Positions 1 to 8,237 are shown, counted from the stretch's first letter. The stretch: 32,000 nucleotides of DNA from an uncultured Clostridia bacterium (GCA_944376235.1 CALWCA010000009.1:1-32000); one strand, 5' to 3'. The notes: generated by a model not told the origin, from the sequence alone. Made by a program: numbers and translations.

Positions 1-12
1 GCCAACACACAG

Positions 13-42
13 GCAGTGGCTGCGCTGCGGCGCAGCCACTGC
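13..42. other. Perfect 13-bp stem / 4-nt loop hairpin just upstream of the tRNA
   Basis: GCAGTGGCTGCGC-TGCG-GCGCAGCCACTGC read directly. There is no U/A tract on either side, so it is not a canonical terminator. Confidence 0.5.
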
Positions 43-48
43 AGATAT

Positions 49-124
49 TCCTCCTTAGCTCAGTTGGTAGAGCATGCGGCTGTTAACCGCAGGGTCGTTG
101 GTTCGAGTCCAACAGGGGGAGCCA
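49..124 (+). tRNA. tRNA-Asn (anticodon GTT), CCA encoded
   Basis: Acceptor stem TCCTCCT/AGGGGGA (one G-U pair). D-arm is TAGCTCAGTTGGTAGAGC, anticodon loop CTGTTAA gives GTT, T-arm is GGTTCGAGTCC, and the 3' end is G-CCA. Confidence 0.93.
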
Positions 125-127
125 AAA

Positions 128-155
128 GAGACTGCCAATCGGCGGTCTTTTTTTT
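128..155 (+). terminator. Rho-independent terminator after tRNA-Asn
   Basis: Stem GAGACTGCC / GGCGGTCT(T) with loop AATC, followed by a T8 run. Confidence 0.8.
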
Positions 156-450
156 GCGTCAAAAACAAAAACTCCGCCCTTTTATCCCTTTTCCTTTTTG
201 GGGTTACGGCTCTTTGGCTTCTTCAGTAGGGAGAGCCAAAGCAAGCAAAAGTGTCCCACAAAGGTGCATCCAGGGGCAGGCAAGGCAGCATATGGGCAAG
301 CCCGGGGGCGAGGCAGATGCCGGAAGGATATCCCACAGGAGGTCTGCCTCGGTTTTATCTCTGAGGCGTCTTTTTTGTGGAGGAAAAAACATCGGGGTTG
401 CGGGAAGCATGGAATTTGCGTTTGATGGGAACATCTCGGCCCTTTCTGAA

Positions 451-486
451 AAAATGAGAAGCATAAAAAAGCCCTCTTCTCATTTT
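451..486 (-). terminator. Possible terminator downstream of the 186-aa ORF
   Basis: Inverted repeat AAAATGAGAAG / CTTCTCATTTT with a 14-nt loop. On the minus strand the 8-bp GC-containing core is followed by TTTTTTCAG. The large loop makes it weak. Confidence 0.3.
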
Positions 487-544
487 AAGGGAGCTCGGTT
501 TTGACAATTTGCCGATGGGGTGTTGCGATCACTGTTTCTCAGCG

Positions 545-1105
545 TTATCGCCAGCACAGCTCGCATTGACCAGAGGCGTGCTTAAACTCCCAGCGCAGAT
601 AGTATCTGCAGTTTTTCCCATCCAGCTCGATTGTCTGGAAGGGAGATTGTTTGCTGAGTTTTAAGAGAGGCTGCTTTTGCTGATCCAGCAGCAGCACTTC
701 GACCTCTCCTTTTGTCAGCTTGGCATCCAGGGCAAAAGTATATCTTCTGCTTTCATCAAATCTCCCCATGTGCCTGACCCATCCGGTGCAGGCTCCCAGC
801 ATGGCCTTATCCCTATTTTTTCCCGGCAGGAATACAAAAAATCGCTCCGATACATTTTCTGGTTGCAAGTGTTTTCCAACGGGATAAAAACCTCTGAGAA
901 GGCATAAACATTTCCTCCGCATGTCAACTTCCGGCCTGCAGCGCAGGTAATACACGCTGAAAGTATGGCAGTGTTTTGCTGCGCCATTGCCATGATAAAA
1001 CACAAGCAGTGCTTTTTCAAGACGGGAAAAGCAGCCGGCAGCTTCCACCCTACCCCCTACGGCAGCCCTGTCTGCGACTTTGCTTCGGATAAGCATCCCC
1101 TGCAT
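545..1105 (-). CDS. Hypothetical protein (186 aa if started at ATG 1105), no family recognised
   Basis: This is the C-terminal part of ORF 545..1426. The region upstream of 1105 runs through a terminator hairpin and the 3' end of the HTH gene, so it is excluded. Codons look protein-like but with lower GC3 than neighbouring genes. No clear SD at 1105; alternative starts are ATG 922 (GGAAG SD) or the downstream ATG of the MLGAC residues. Confidence 0.4.
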   Translation of the reverse strand: MQGMLIRSKVADRAAVGGRVEAAGCFSRLEKALLVFYHGNGAAKHCHTFSVYYLRCRPEVDMRRKCLCLLRGFYPVGKHLQPENVSERFFVFLPGKNRDKAMLGACTGWVRHMGRFDESRRYTFALDAKLTKGEVEVLLLDQQKQPLLKLSKQSPFQTIELDGKNCRYYLRWEFKHASGQCELCWR

Positions 1106-1184
1106 GTAGAAGCCCCTGCGCCGGCGTCTTGCATGGGAAAAAGACGGGGGAAAAGAGGGATCAGGGAAAAGAAGGGCGCACAGG

Positions 1185-1226
1185 CAATAAAAATCCCCCC
1201 TTCGCTCCCGCAGGAGCGAAGGGGGG
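1185..1226 (-). terminator. Rho-independent terminator after the XRE regulator gene
   Basis: Perfect 14-bp stem CCCCCCTTCGCTCC / GGAGCGAAGGGGGG (1195-1208 / 1213-1226) with loop CGCA. On the minus strand it is followed by ATTTTTATT. Confidence 0.8.
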
Positions 1227-1274
1227 ATGTGGGTAGTAAGAGACTGTGCCTTTTTGTACTGCAGAGTCTGGATT

Positions 1275-1499
1275 TCACCCTGGAAATGGATGAAATCCCT
1301 GTTCTTCCTGCACACAAAAGACTTCTTCGGTGGAGACGCCGAAAACCTCGGCGATTTTCCAGGCCAGAACCAGAGAGGGGTTGTATCTCCCCTTTTCCAG
1401 GTTTCCGATGGTTTTGCGGCGCACACCTACTCTGGTTGCCAGCTCCTCCTGACTTAAGTTGAGCATGGTACGGTATTCCTTCATTTCTGTTTTAACCAT
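1275..1499 (-). CDS. Small XRE-family helix-turn-helix transcriptional regulator (74 aa)
   Basis: LSQEELATRVGVRRKTIGNLEKGRYNPSLVLAWKIAEVF is a typical Cro/C1-type HTH of the short YozG-like class. ATG 1499 is preceded by GAGGG at a 7-nt spacing. Confidence 0.85.
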   Translation of the reverse strand: MVKTEMKEYRTMLNLSQEELATRVGVRRKTIGNLEKGRYNPSLVLAWKIAEVFGVSTEEVFCVQEEQGFHPFPG

Positions 1500-1509
1500 T
1501 GCACAGCCC

Positions 1510-1740
1510 TCAGCTTTCACGCAATCCCAACCAGTCGATCAAGAGGGAGTGCGCCACCACAGAAATCACCCAGCCGCCTGCAAATCCGCAGATAAGGGCG
1601 GTGTTTGCCGTACGGCCTGCTGCGAAGAGCACAAGCGTCAGCAGCGCGGTAGCAGCCATGCCCCAGGAAAAGGTGCGCGCCGTACACAGACACAGCGTGC
1701 TGCCCGGCATCTCGTCGTTCTTGACAAAGCAGTATCTCAA
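1510..1740 (-). CDS. Small putative membrane protein (two predicted TM helices), co-transcribed with the XRE regulator
   Basis: Two hydrophobic segments: AATALLTLVLFAAG and LICGFAGGWVISVVAHSLLI. Its TGA stop (1510-1512) overlaps the SD of the HTH gene. The start is uncertain (TTG 1740 in the track, with internal ATGs possible). Confidence 0.4.
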   Translation of the reverse strand: MRYCFVKNDEMPGSTLCLCTARTFSWGMAATALLTLVLFAAGRTANTALICGFAGGWVISVVAHSLLIDWLGLRES

Positions 1741-1910
1741 ATCGACCGCAAAGGCGAAAAGGCAAAAGACACGCGGTGCTCGGTGAAAAATTTAATGAGG
1801 CCGACAGCAAGAGCAGTCCTGTCAGTGCGCGGGCATGGCGTGTCGGCCTGGAGTAAAGATATCACACGAAAAGGGGCATTGTCCGGCACAGCTTGAGAAG
1901 TCAATCACGG

Positions 1911-1951
1911 GAAAAAGGCGGGGGAAAAGGAACTCGTCCTTTTCCCCCGCC
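1911..1951 (-). terminator. Rho-independent terminator downstream of rnj
   Basis: Perfect 15-bp stem GGCGGGGGAAAAGGA / TCCTTTTCCCCCGCC (1917-1931 / 1937-1951) with loop ACTCG. On the minus strand it is followed by TTTTTCCC. Confidence 0.8.
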
Positions 1952-2060
1952 GGGAAAATGCGTTTGCAGAACATGCCGGCCCTTGGCCGTGGACTGTTCT
2001 CCCCAGTGTCTTTCAAAGAAGGGGACTTGCGGGCGCTTTGAGGGTATGGCAGGCTGCTGC

Positions 2061-4151
2061 TCAAACCTCCATGAGCATGGGCAAAATGATGGGGCTGCGC
2101 TTGGTTTTTTTGTAGACGGCCGAGGAGACGGCGTCCTTCAGCTCATTTTTCATGGAGCTCCAGTCGGTCGTGTTGTTGTCGCAGCAGCGCACCAGCGCCT
2201 CTTTTGCGGCGGCGCGCAGGTGGTCCATGAGCTCATCGGCCTCCTTGACGTAGACAAAGCCTCTGGTGAGCAGCTCGGGGCCGGCCAGCAGACGGTGGGT
2301 TCCCTTTTCGAGCGTGGCGGTGACGACGATCAGGCCGTTTTCAGCCAGATTTTTCCGGTCGCGCAGCACCACGTTGCCCACGTCTCCGATGCCACTGCCG
2401 TCAATCAAAATCTGTCCCGATGGCACGCTGCCGCCGAAGCGCCAGCCCTTTTCGCTGAGCTCAATGACCTTGCCAATCTCGCTGAGCACGATGTTTTCGG
2501 GCTCCACGCCCATGGATTGAGCCGTCTTGGCATGGGCAATCATGTGGCGCATCTCACCGTGCATGGGCAGGAAATAACGCGGATGGGTGAGGCCGATGAC
2601 CAGCTTTTGCTCCTCCTGCGAGCAGTGGCCCGACACATGGATGTCGGCCTGCTTGTTGGTGATGACCTCGGCGCCGCGCCGCATGAGCTCGTTGATGACG
2701 TTGCTGACCATTTCCTCATTGCCGGGCACGGGCGAGGCCGAGATGATGACCAGGTCGTTGTCGCCGATGGCCACGTTTTTGTGGTCGGCGAAGGCCATGC
2801 GGTAGAGGGCGGAGAGCGGCTCGCCCTGGCTTCCGGTGGTGACGATGACAAGCTGATCGGGCGGGAAGTGCCGCACTTTCTGAATGTCGACCATCACATT
2901 GGGCGGCACGTCGATGACGCCCAGCTCAATGGCGGCGTTGACATTGTTGACCATGGAACGGCCGGAGACCGCCACCTTGCGGCCGTGCTTCTCGGCGGCA
3001 TCGATAATCTGCTTGACGCGGTGGATATTGCTGGCAAAGGTGGTGACGATGATGCGCTTGTCGGTAGAGGCGATAATGCGGTCAAGCGCGGCGCCCACCG
3101 TGCGCTCGGACTTGGTGTAGCCTGGCCGTTCTGCGTTGGTGGAGTCGGAAATGAGGGCCAAAACGCCCTCCTTGCCGATTTCTCCAAGGCGGGCGAGATC
3201 CATCATCTCCCCGTCGATGGGGGTGGGATCGATTTTGAAGTCGCCGGTGTGGACGATGTTGCCAAGCGGCGTGCGGATACACAGGGCGCAGGCGTCGGGG
3301 ATAGAGTGGTTGCTGCGAATGATCTCCACCGAGAAGCAGCCGGCCTCCACCACGTCGCCATAGCGAACCTCGTGCAGCTTGGTGCTGCGCAGCAGGCGAT
3401 GCTCCTGCAGCTTGCTGCGAATCAGGCCGCAGGTCAGGCGCGTGCCGTAGATGGGCACGTTGAGCTGGCGAAGCACATAGGGCAAGGCGCCGGTGTGGTC
3501 TTCATGGCCGTGGGTGATGAAAATGCCGCGCACCTTGTCCGCGTTTTTGACGAGATAGCTCACGTCGGGGATTACGGCATCCACGCCCGGCATGGTTTCG
3601 TCGGGAAAGGCCAGCCCGCAGTCGACAACCACAATATCGGAGCCGTATTCAATGACGGTCATGTTCTTTCCGATTTCATGCAGTCCGCCAAGGGAGATGA
3701 TGCGAACCGAAGAGCTGGTTTTTCGCTTGGGGGAGCTCTGCCTGCCAAGAGCGGCGGGAGAGGTCAGGGCGCTGGGGGCAGGGGTAATGGGCAGTTTTTG
3801 GGGCTGCGCGGACTTTTTCTTTGAGGGCTGCTTTTTCTTTTTTCCGCCGGCTGGGGCGGCCTCGGCCGCCTTGTCCGCTGCGGCGGCACTGCCGGCAGCA
3901 GAAATGCCGGCCCGCCGGGAAAAAAGAGAGGGCATGACCTGCCCCGGATAGGGAGAGGTGCGCTTTTTCTTGGGCGGCTGCGCGGGTGCCGAGGCCTCCG
4001 GCGCAGCGCCGGAAGTGTCCTGAGAAGAGCTCTGCGGCGCCTGAGATGCCTGCGCGGCCGGCTTTTTGCGGCGGCGCTTTTGCTTTGCCTTCTTCTCGGC
4101 CTCCCTTTCGTCTGCCGACGGACTGAGTTGCGATTCAAATTGTGTTTTCAA
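2061..4151 (-). CDS. rnj: Ribonuclease J (metallo-beta-lactamase / beta-CASP) with a long low-complexity N-terminal extension
   Basis: Motifs IISLGGLHEIGKNM, VVDCG and ITHGHEDHTG (HxHxDH) plus the downstream beta-CASP region. The start is taken as TTG 4151 because GGAGG lies 7 nt upstream. The 102 residues of the ORF track upstream of that are treated as spurious. Confidence 0.9.
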   Translation of the reverse strand: MKTQFESQLSPSADEREAEKKAKQKRRRKKPAAQASQAPQSSSQDTSGAAPEASAPAQPPKKKRTSPYPGQVMPSLFSRRAGISAAGSAAAADKAAEAAPAGGKKKKQPSKKKSAQPQKLPITPAPSALTSPAALGRQSSPKRKTSSSVRIISLGGLHEIGKNMTVIEYGSDIVVVDCGLAFPDETMPGVDAVIPDVSYLVKNADKVRGIFITHGHEDHTGALPYVLRQLNVPIYGTRLTCGLIRSKLQEHRLLRSTKLHEVRYGDVVEAGCFSVEIIRSNHSIPDACALCIRTPLGNIVHTGDFKIDPTPIDGEMMDLARLGEIGKEGVLALISDSTNAERPGYTKSERTVGAALDRIIASTDKRIIVTTFASNIHRVKQIIDAAEKHGRKVAVSGRSMVNNVNAAIELGVIDVPPNVMVDIQKVRHFPPDQLVIVTTGSQGEPLSALYRMAFADHKNVAIGDNDLVIISASPVPGNEEMVSNVINELMRRGAEVITNKQADIHVSGHCSQEEQKLVIGLTHPRYFLPMHGEMRHMIAHAKTAQSMGVEPENIVLSEIGKVIELSEKGWRFGGSVPSGQILIDGSGIGDVGNVVLRDRKNLAENGLIVVTATLEKGTHRLLAGPELLTRGFVYVKEADELMDHLRAAAKEALVRCCDNNTTDWSSMKNELKDAVSSAVYKKTKRSPIILPMLMEV

Positions 4152-4230
4152 ATAAATACCTCCGTTATAGGGGAAGGGGCCTTGAAAAAAGCCGCTTTCC
4201 ATAATCCGGCGCTTGCGCATTTGCGCAAGA

Positions 4231-4791
4231 CTAAGAAAGCCCGTACAGCAGTCGGTAAATCTGACTGTAGAGCATGACGCGCCGGGTGTGTGTTCTGGTT
4301 TCAGGGTAGGGCACATGGGAAAGAGTGTGCCCGTCTTTGCTGTAGCGCGTGTCGGCAAGCCAGTCCCGCACGCGGGCGGGGCCGGCGTTGTAAGCGGCAA
4401 GCGCCGTAGGCAAGTCGGAAAACTCCGACAAAAGCAGCGCCAGGTTGGCGCAGCCATAGTACAAGTTGGTGTTGACGTCGCTCAAATCGCCCTCCTCGTG
4501 GCCGAGCTTAAAGCACAGCCAGTGATAGGTGTCGGGCGTGAGCTGCATGAGCCCGACGGCGCCGGCATGGGAGACGGCGTCCTTGTCAAAGTGGCTCTCG
4601 GCCAAAATCAGGCCGGCCACCAGAGAGGAGGGGAGAGAAAAGCGCGCAGCCTCCCGCTCCACAGCGTCGCGATAGGGCAGCACAAAAAGTCGGCGCAGAG
4701 CAAAAAAGCCGCAGCCTGCACACAGCAGCAGCACCAAAAGCAGGGCAAGGAGGCGCCGAAGCCCACGGCGGGTATGCAGCCTCACTGGCAC
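4231..4791 (-). CDS. Lytic transglycosylase (SLT domain) with N-terminal signal/anchor
   Basis: AESHF..., GAVGLMQLTPDT and AYNAGP motifs, with a hydrophobic N-terminus LLALLLVLLLCAGCG. The start is GTG 4791, or GTG 4785 (a GTGA overlap with the coaE stop). Confidence 0.85.
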   Translation of the reverse strand: MPVRLHTRRGLRRLLALLLVLLLCAGCGFFALRRLFVLPYRDAVEREAARFSLPSSLVAGLILAESHFDKDAVSHAGAVGLMQLTPDTYHWLCFKLGHEEGDLSDVNTNLYYGCANLALLLSEFSDLPTALAAYNAGPARVRDWLADTRYSKDGHTLSHVPYPETRTHTRRVMLYSQIYRLLYGLS

Positions 4792-5375
4792 AGCCCGAGC
4801 TTGCGGGCGATCGCGTCAACCTGCTGCTCGAGCGCGCCGGCGTCGCCGTTGTTGACAATCACATAGTCGGCATGGGACACAAAAAAATCCTCTTCCTTTT
4901 GAGCGTCCAGGCGACGCCGCGCCTCCTCCTCCGAGAGGCCGTCACGCTCCATGATGCGCGACAGCATGACCTCGTAAGGCGCAGTGACGGCGATCACGGC
5001 GGCCCCCTTCTGCCCGCTTTCAATGAGGGCAATGGCGTCAATCAGCAGGCCCTTTGCGCCCGCAGCACGCTCCCTTTGCTCGATTTGCGAAATGGCCTCC
5101 CCCACATAGCGGTGGGTAATGGCCGAAAGAGCCTCGAGCTGTGCAGCGTCCGAAAAGACAATGGCAGACAGGCTGCGCCTGTCGACCGAGCCGTCTGGAA
5201 GCAGAACGTCGGGGCCGAAGTGCGCCGCGATTTCGGCGGCACAGGGGGTGCCGGGCTCATAGATGCTGTGAGCTACCTTGTCGGCATCCACATGGACAAC
5301 GCCGTATTTTTCAAACAACTGCGCCACCGTGCTCTTGCCGGCGCCGCTTTTGCCTGTAATTCCAAATCGAAGCAT
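4782..5375 (-). CDS. coaE: Dephospho-CoA kinase
   Basis: MLRFGITGKSGAGKST P-loop followed by VDADKVAH. ATG 5375 is preceded by GGAGGA at a 6-nt spacing. Confidence 0.9.
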   Translation of the reverse strand: MLRFGITGKSGAGKSTVAQLFEKYGVVHVDADKVAHSIYEPGTPCAAEIAAHFGPDVLLPDGSVDRRSLSAIVFSDAAQLEALSAITHRYVGEAISQIEQRERAAGAKGLLIDAIALIESGQKGAAVIAVTAPYEVMLSRIMERDGLSEEEARRRLDAQKEEDFFVSHADYVIVNNGDAGALEQQVDAIARKLGLCQ

Positions 5376-5458
5376 GGAAATTCCTCCAGCGCGACAGAAG
5401 CTGCCGCGGCCAATCCGTGCAAAGCACGGAAGTGATGAGATCATACAAAAAGAGCTGG

Positions 5459-6502
5459 TTACAGATGTACAACGTGGTGCCCCGCAGCCTTGAGCAGCCG
5501 GTTGCGCACAGCAAGGGAGATGCCCTGCTCGCCGGGCAGGGCGCCGTAAATGGCACGCACGCCCGCCGCATCGAAGCTGCGCAGCGCGTCAAAAAGGGCG
5601 TGCGCGTGGGCGGCATCGTCGGCCTGCGGGCCGAGGCTTGCCACATGGGCGGCCTGCGGGAAGAGGCCTCGCTGCTCGTCATAGCACAAAATTCCTGTGC
5701 CGGGCTCCTTCGAGCGCGCGACGAGCCAGGCCGTGATGTCGGCAGGGCTGCCCTGCGCCAGCGTGAGCGGCGCTGCGGGAGCATAGTGCCGGTATTTCAT
5801 TCCGGGGGCCATGGGGCGCTGCCCCTCGGCAAGCTGGTGGGAAACGGCGTCGTCCACGCGCACCTCTCCCAACACGCTGCGCAGCATTTCCAGGCTGATC
5901 CCGCCCGGACGCAGCAGCACCGGAAGTTCCCCGGCCAGCGAGACCACGGTGGACTCCAGCCCCACGCCGCAATCTCCCCCGTCGATCATGAGGTCGACCC
6001 GCCCGTCCAGGTCTTCGAGGACATGGGCAAGCCGTGTGGGGCTTGGACGGCCCGAGCGGTTGGCGGAGGGGGCGGCCACCGGGACGGCGGCCTCGCGCAG
6101 CAGCGCGGCTGCAACGGGGTGGGAGGGGATGCGGACGGCAACGGTGTCAAGCCCGCCCGACACCACGTCGGGCACCTGCGGCTGTTTGTTCAAAATGACG
6201 GTCAGAGGCCCGGGAGAAAAAGCGGCAAACAGGTCGTATGCCTGCCGGGGAATGTCCCGGCACAGCAAGTCAAGCTGCGACAAATCCGGCAGATGGACGA
6301 TGAGGGGGTTGTCGGAAGGGCGGCCCTTGGCGGTATAGATGGCGCGCGCCGCCTCGGGGCTGAGCGCATTGGCGCCAAGGCCATAGACCGTTTCGGTGGG
6401 GAAAACAACAAGCCCCCCTTCACGCAGGATACGCCCCGCAGAGGCGAGCTCCTCCTGCGCAAAGTCGTCGGGATTGACATGTAAAACCGGTGTGATACCC
6501 AT
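5459..6502 (-). CDS. tsaC: L-threonylcarbamoyladenylate synthase, Sua5/YwlC type (t6A biosynthesis)
   Basis: Motifs FPTETVYGLGANA, AKGRPSDNPLIVH, AAPSAN and SGRPSPT, plus a C-terminal Sua5 domain. ATG 6502 has GAGG 6 nt upstream, whereas ATG 6514 has none. Confidence 0.9.
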   Translation of the reverse strand: MGITPVLHVNPDDFAQEELASAGRILREGGLVVFPTETVYGLGANALSPEAARAIYTAKGRPSDNPLIVHLPDLSQLDLLCRDIPRQAYDLFAAFSPGPLTVILNKQPQVPDVVSGGLDTVAVRIPSHPVAAALLREAAVPVAAPSANRSGRPSPTRLAHVLEDLDGRVDLMIDGGDCGVGLESTVVSLAGELPVLLRPGGISLEMLRSVLGEVRVDDAVSHQLAEGQRPMAPGMKYRHYAPAAPLTLAQGSPADITAWLVARSKEPGTGILCYDEQRGLFPQAAHVASLGPQADDAAHAHALFDALRSFDAAGVRAIYGALPGEQGISLAVRNRLLKAAGHHVVHL

Positions 6503-6643
6503 ATCATGCCTCATGAATCGGAATTATTCGAAAAGCAGCAAAATTTTGTCCTGCACCGCAGCAAAGCAACCGGCCGAGGCCTGCCCCGGTGCGGGCAGGG
6601 GAGGCAGCTCTTTCTGCGGACAGGAGGCCCCGCTCCGCCGGCA

Positions 6644-6691
6644 GCTTTTGGCCTTTGGAAAGCCGGCACCCGCTTTCCAAAGGCCAAAAGC
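6644..6691. repeat. Perfect 20-bp inverted repeat (hairpin) in the prfA-tsaC spacer
   Basis: GCTTTTGGCCTTTGGAAAGC - CGGCACCC - GCTTTCCAAAGGCCAAAAGC. No flanking U-tract on either strand. Confidence 0.7.
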
Positions 6692-6694
6692 CCT

Positions 6695-6716
6695 TGCGCA
6701 TGCAGGGCATGCGCAC
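6695..6716. repeat. Second hairpin (9-bp perfect stem) 4 nt after the first
   Basis: TGCGCATGC - AGGG - GCATGCGCA. Confidence 0.6.
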
Positions 6717-6859
6717 CGCACGGCGAATGCCGTGGGCCGGCGGCGCGGCAAAAGGGGCGCCCTGATGCAGGAAAAGCCTGGCGGGGGAAGGCACCTCCGT
6801 TGCCCCTCAAAGGGCAGGGCGGACGGGGGAGTGTAGCGGGCTTTGGAGCGTGCGGCGCT

Positions 6860-7933
6860 TCAACCCGCCTGACCGGCCTTGAGCTTTTCGGTCTGATCGG
6901 CGGTGATGAGCGCATCGATCATCTCGTCGAGATCCCCGTTGAGAAACGACTCAAGCTTATACAGCGTCAGCCCAATGCGGTGGTCGGAGACCCGGCCCTG
7001 AGGGTAGTTATAGGTGCGGATGCGCTCGCTGCGGTCGCCGGTGCCCACCTGAAGACGGCGTTCGTCGGCGCGCGCGGCGTCCTTTTCGGCCTGCATGCGC
7101 TCGTAAATGCGCGAGCGCAGGATTTTCATGGCCTTTTCCTTGTTCTTGTGCTGGCTGCGCTCGTCCTGACATTCCACCACAATGCCGGTGGGCAGGTGGG
7201 TGATGCGGATGGCGGACTCGGTTTTATTGACGTGCTGCCCGCCGGCGCCGCCAGAACGGAAGGTGTCGATCTGAAGGTCCGCAGGATTGATGTCAACCTC
7301 CACCTCTTCGGCCTCGGGCAGCACGGCCACGGTGACGGTGGAGGTGTGGATGCGGCCCTGCGATTCGGTGTCGGGCACGCGCTGCACACGATGCACGCCC
7401 GACTCGAATTTCAAGCGGCTGTAAACGCCGTTTCCCTCGATGAGGAAGCTGATTTCCTTGATGCCGCCCAGTTCGGTTTCGTTTAAGGAGAGCACCTCAA
7501 TTTTATAGTGCTTGGATTCGGCATACATGGAATACATGCGGTAGAGTGTAGCGGCAAAAAGGGCGGCCTCATCTCCGCCGGCGCCGCCACGGATTTCCAC
7601 GATGACCGACTTGTCGTCGTCGGGGTCTTTGGGGATGAGCAGGATTTTCAGTTCTTCGAGGCAACGCTCACAGTCTGCCCTGCCCTGGCGCAGCTCCTCT
7701 TCGGCAAGCTCCTTGAAGTCGGGGTCAAGCGGGGTGGACAGCAGCTCCTTTGCCTCGTCGACACAGGCCTGCGCGGCCTTGTATTCGCGGTATTTTTCAA
7801 TCACGGGAGACAGTGATTTGAACTCCCGCATCAGGGCTTTGTATTGAGCCTGGTCCTCCACCACGGCGGGATCCATCAAACGCTCGTTGATCTGCTCGAG
7901 CCGCGCCTCGGCGGCCGCCAGCTGTTCTATCAT
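6860..7933 (-). CDS. prfA: Peptide chain release factor 1
   Basis: GGQ motif in [20 protein letters not shown] and the RF1-type segment [18 protein letters not shown] (PxT). ATG 7933 is preceded by AGGAG at an 8-nt spacing. Confidence 0.95.
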   Translation of the reverse strand: MIEQLAAAEARLEQINERLMDPAVVEDQAQYKALMREFKSLSPVIEKYREYKAAQACVDEAKELLSTPLDPDFKELAEEELRQGRADCERCLEELKILLIPKDPDDDKSVIVEIRGGAGGDEAALFAATLYRMYSMYAESKHYKIEVLSLNETELGGIKEISFLIEGNGVYSRLKFESGVHRVQRVPDTESQGRIHTSTVTVAVLPEAEEVEVDINPADLQIDTFRSGGAGGQHVNKTESAIRITHLPTGIVVECQDERSQHKNKEKAMKILRSRIYERMQAEKDAARADERRLQVGTGDRSERIRTYNYPQGRVSDHRIGLTLYKLESFLNGDLDEMIDALITADQTEKLKAGQAG

Positions 7934-8145
7934 GCTTTTGGCTCCTGTAGTTGAGATTTGTTGAGAGAGGCGGGCTTGCCGGGCTGAACGGCTTTTTCGA
8001 AAGCGGAGCGGGTCATCCAGATTTCGCGGCCGCACCCGAGACAGCGCAGACGAAGGTCAGCCCCAGTGCGGAGCAGCTCAAAGTGGCGCGCGCCGCAGGG
8101 GTGCTTTTTTTTCATCTCAAAGCAATCGCCCACATGAAGCTCCAC
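7930..8145 (-). CDS. DUF951-family small protein
   Basis: [47 protein letters not shown] matches the DUF951 pattern (KK.HPCG ... CLGCG). GTG 8145 is preceded by GGAGG at an 8-nt spacing. Its stop overlaps the prfA ATG (ATGA). Confidence 0.8.
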   Translation of the reverse strand: MELHVGDCFEMKKKHPCGARHFELLRTGADLRLRCLGCGREIWMTRSAFEKAVQPGKPASLNKSQLQEPKA

Positions 8146-8208
8146 AGCAGTCGCCTCCGAAAATCAATGTGACGCGCTGCGAGGCGCCACCGGCGCCCCA
8201 TCTAAATA

Positions 8209-8237
8209 ATTATATCAGCAAAGTAGGGGGAGTGCAA
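8209..8237 (-). promoter_or_regulatory. Sigma70-type promoter for the DUF951-prfA transcription unit
   Basis: Minus strand reads TTGCAC - 17 nt - TATAAT (-35 at 8237-8232, -10 at 8214-9). It sits in an AT-rich gap about 60 nt upstream of the DUF951 start. Confidence 0.55.

Noticed and set aside
270-350. Fragments reminiscent of SRP RNA domain IV (CAAGGCAG, GGCAGATG, CCGGAAGGA)
   Set aside because: The pieces are in the wrong order relative to the conserved SRP helix 8 sequence, and I could not build the symmetric/asymmetric loop structure. Most likely a chance resemblance; cmscan would settle it.
16-504. 162-aa plus-strand ORF at the window start
   Set aside because: It reads straight through the tRNA-Asn gene and its terminator, and the product is not protein-like.
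545-1426. Full 293-aa minus-strand ORF
   Set aside because: The N-terminal 107 codons run through a perfect 14-bp terminator hairpin (1195-1226) and overlap the 3' end of the XRE gene in another frame. Only the part from ATG 1105 downward is kept, and even that has modest confidence.
1893-3824. 643-aa plus-strand ORF antisense to rnj. Similar long antisense ORFs are 5417-6484, 6506-7486, 8394-9491, 9714-10559, 13552-14421, 17251-18633, 18906-19742, 25520-26512 and 30257-31792.
   Set aside because: Each mirrors a well-supported gene on the other strand, has the same G/A/V/D/H/R-rich composition and lacks an SD-spaced start. I treat them as compositional artefacts.
4212-4229. Palindrome CTTGCGCA-TT-TGCGCAAG between slt and rnj
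   Set aside because: The loop is too short for a stable hairpin and there is no U-tract. It could be an operator half-site pair, but a single 8-bp palindrome in GC-rich DNA is not compelling.
4152-4457. 102-aa N-terminal extension of the rnj ORF. Analogous extensions occur on dut (13291-13512), mreC (11834-11947), the deacetylase (28951-29295), coaE, prfA, zapA and DUF4321.
   Set aside because: In every case a downstream start has a strong, correctly spaced Shine-Dalgarno sequence and gives the canonical family N-terminus. The upstream parts are Cys/Pro/Arg-rich or overlap neighbouring genes.
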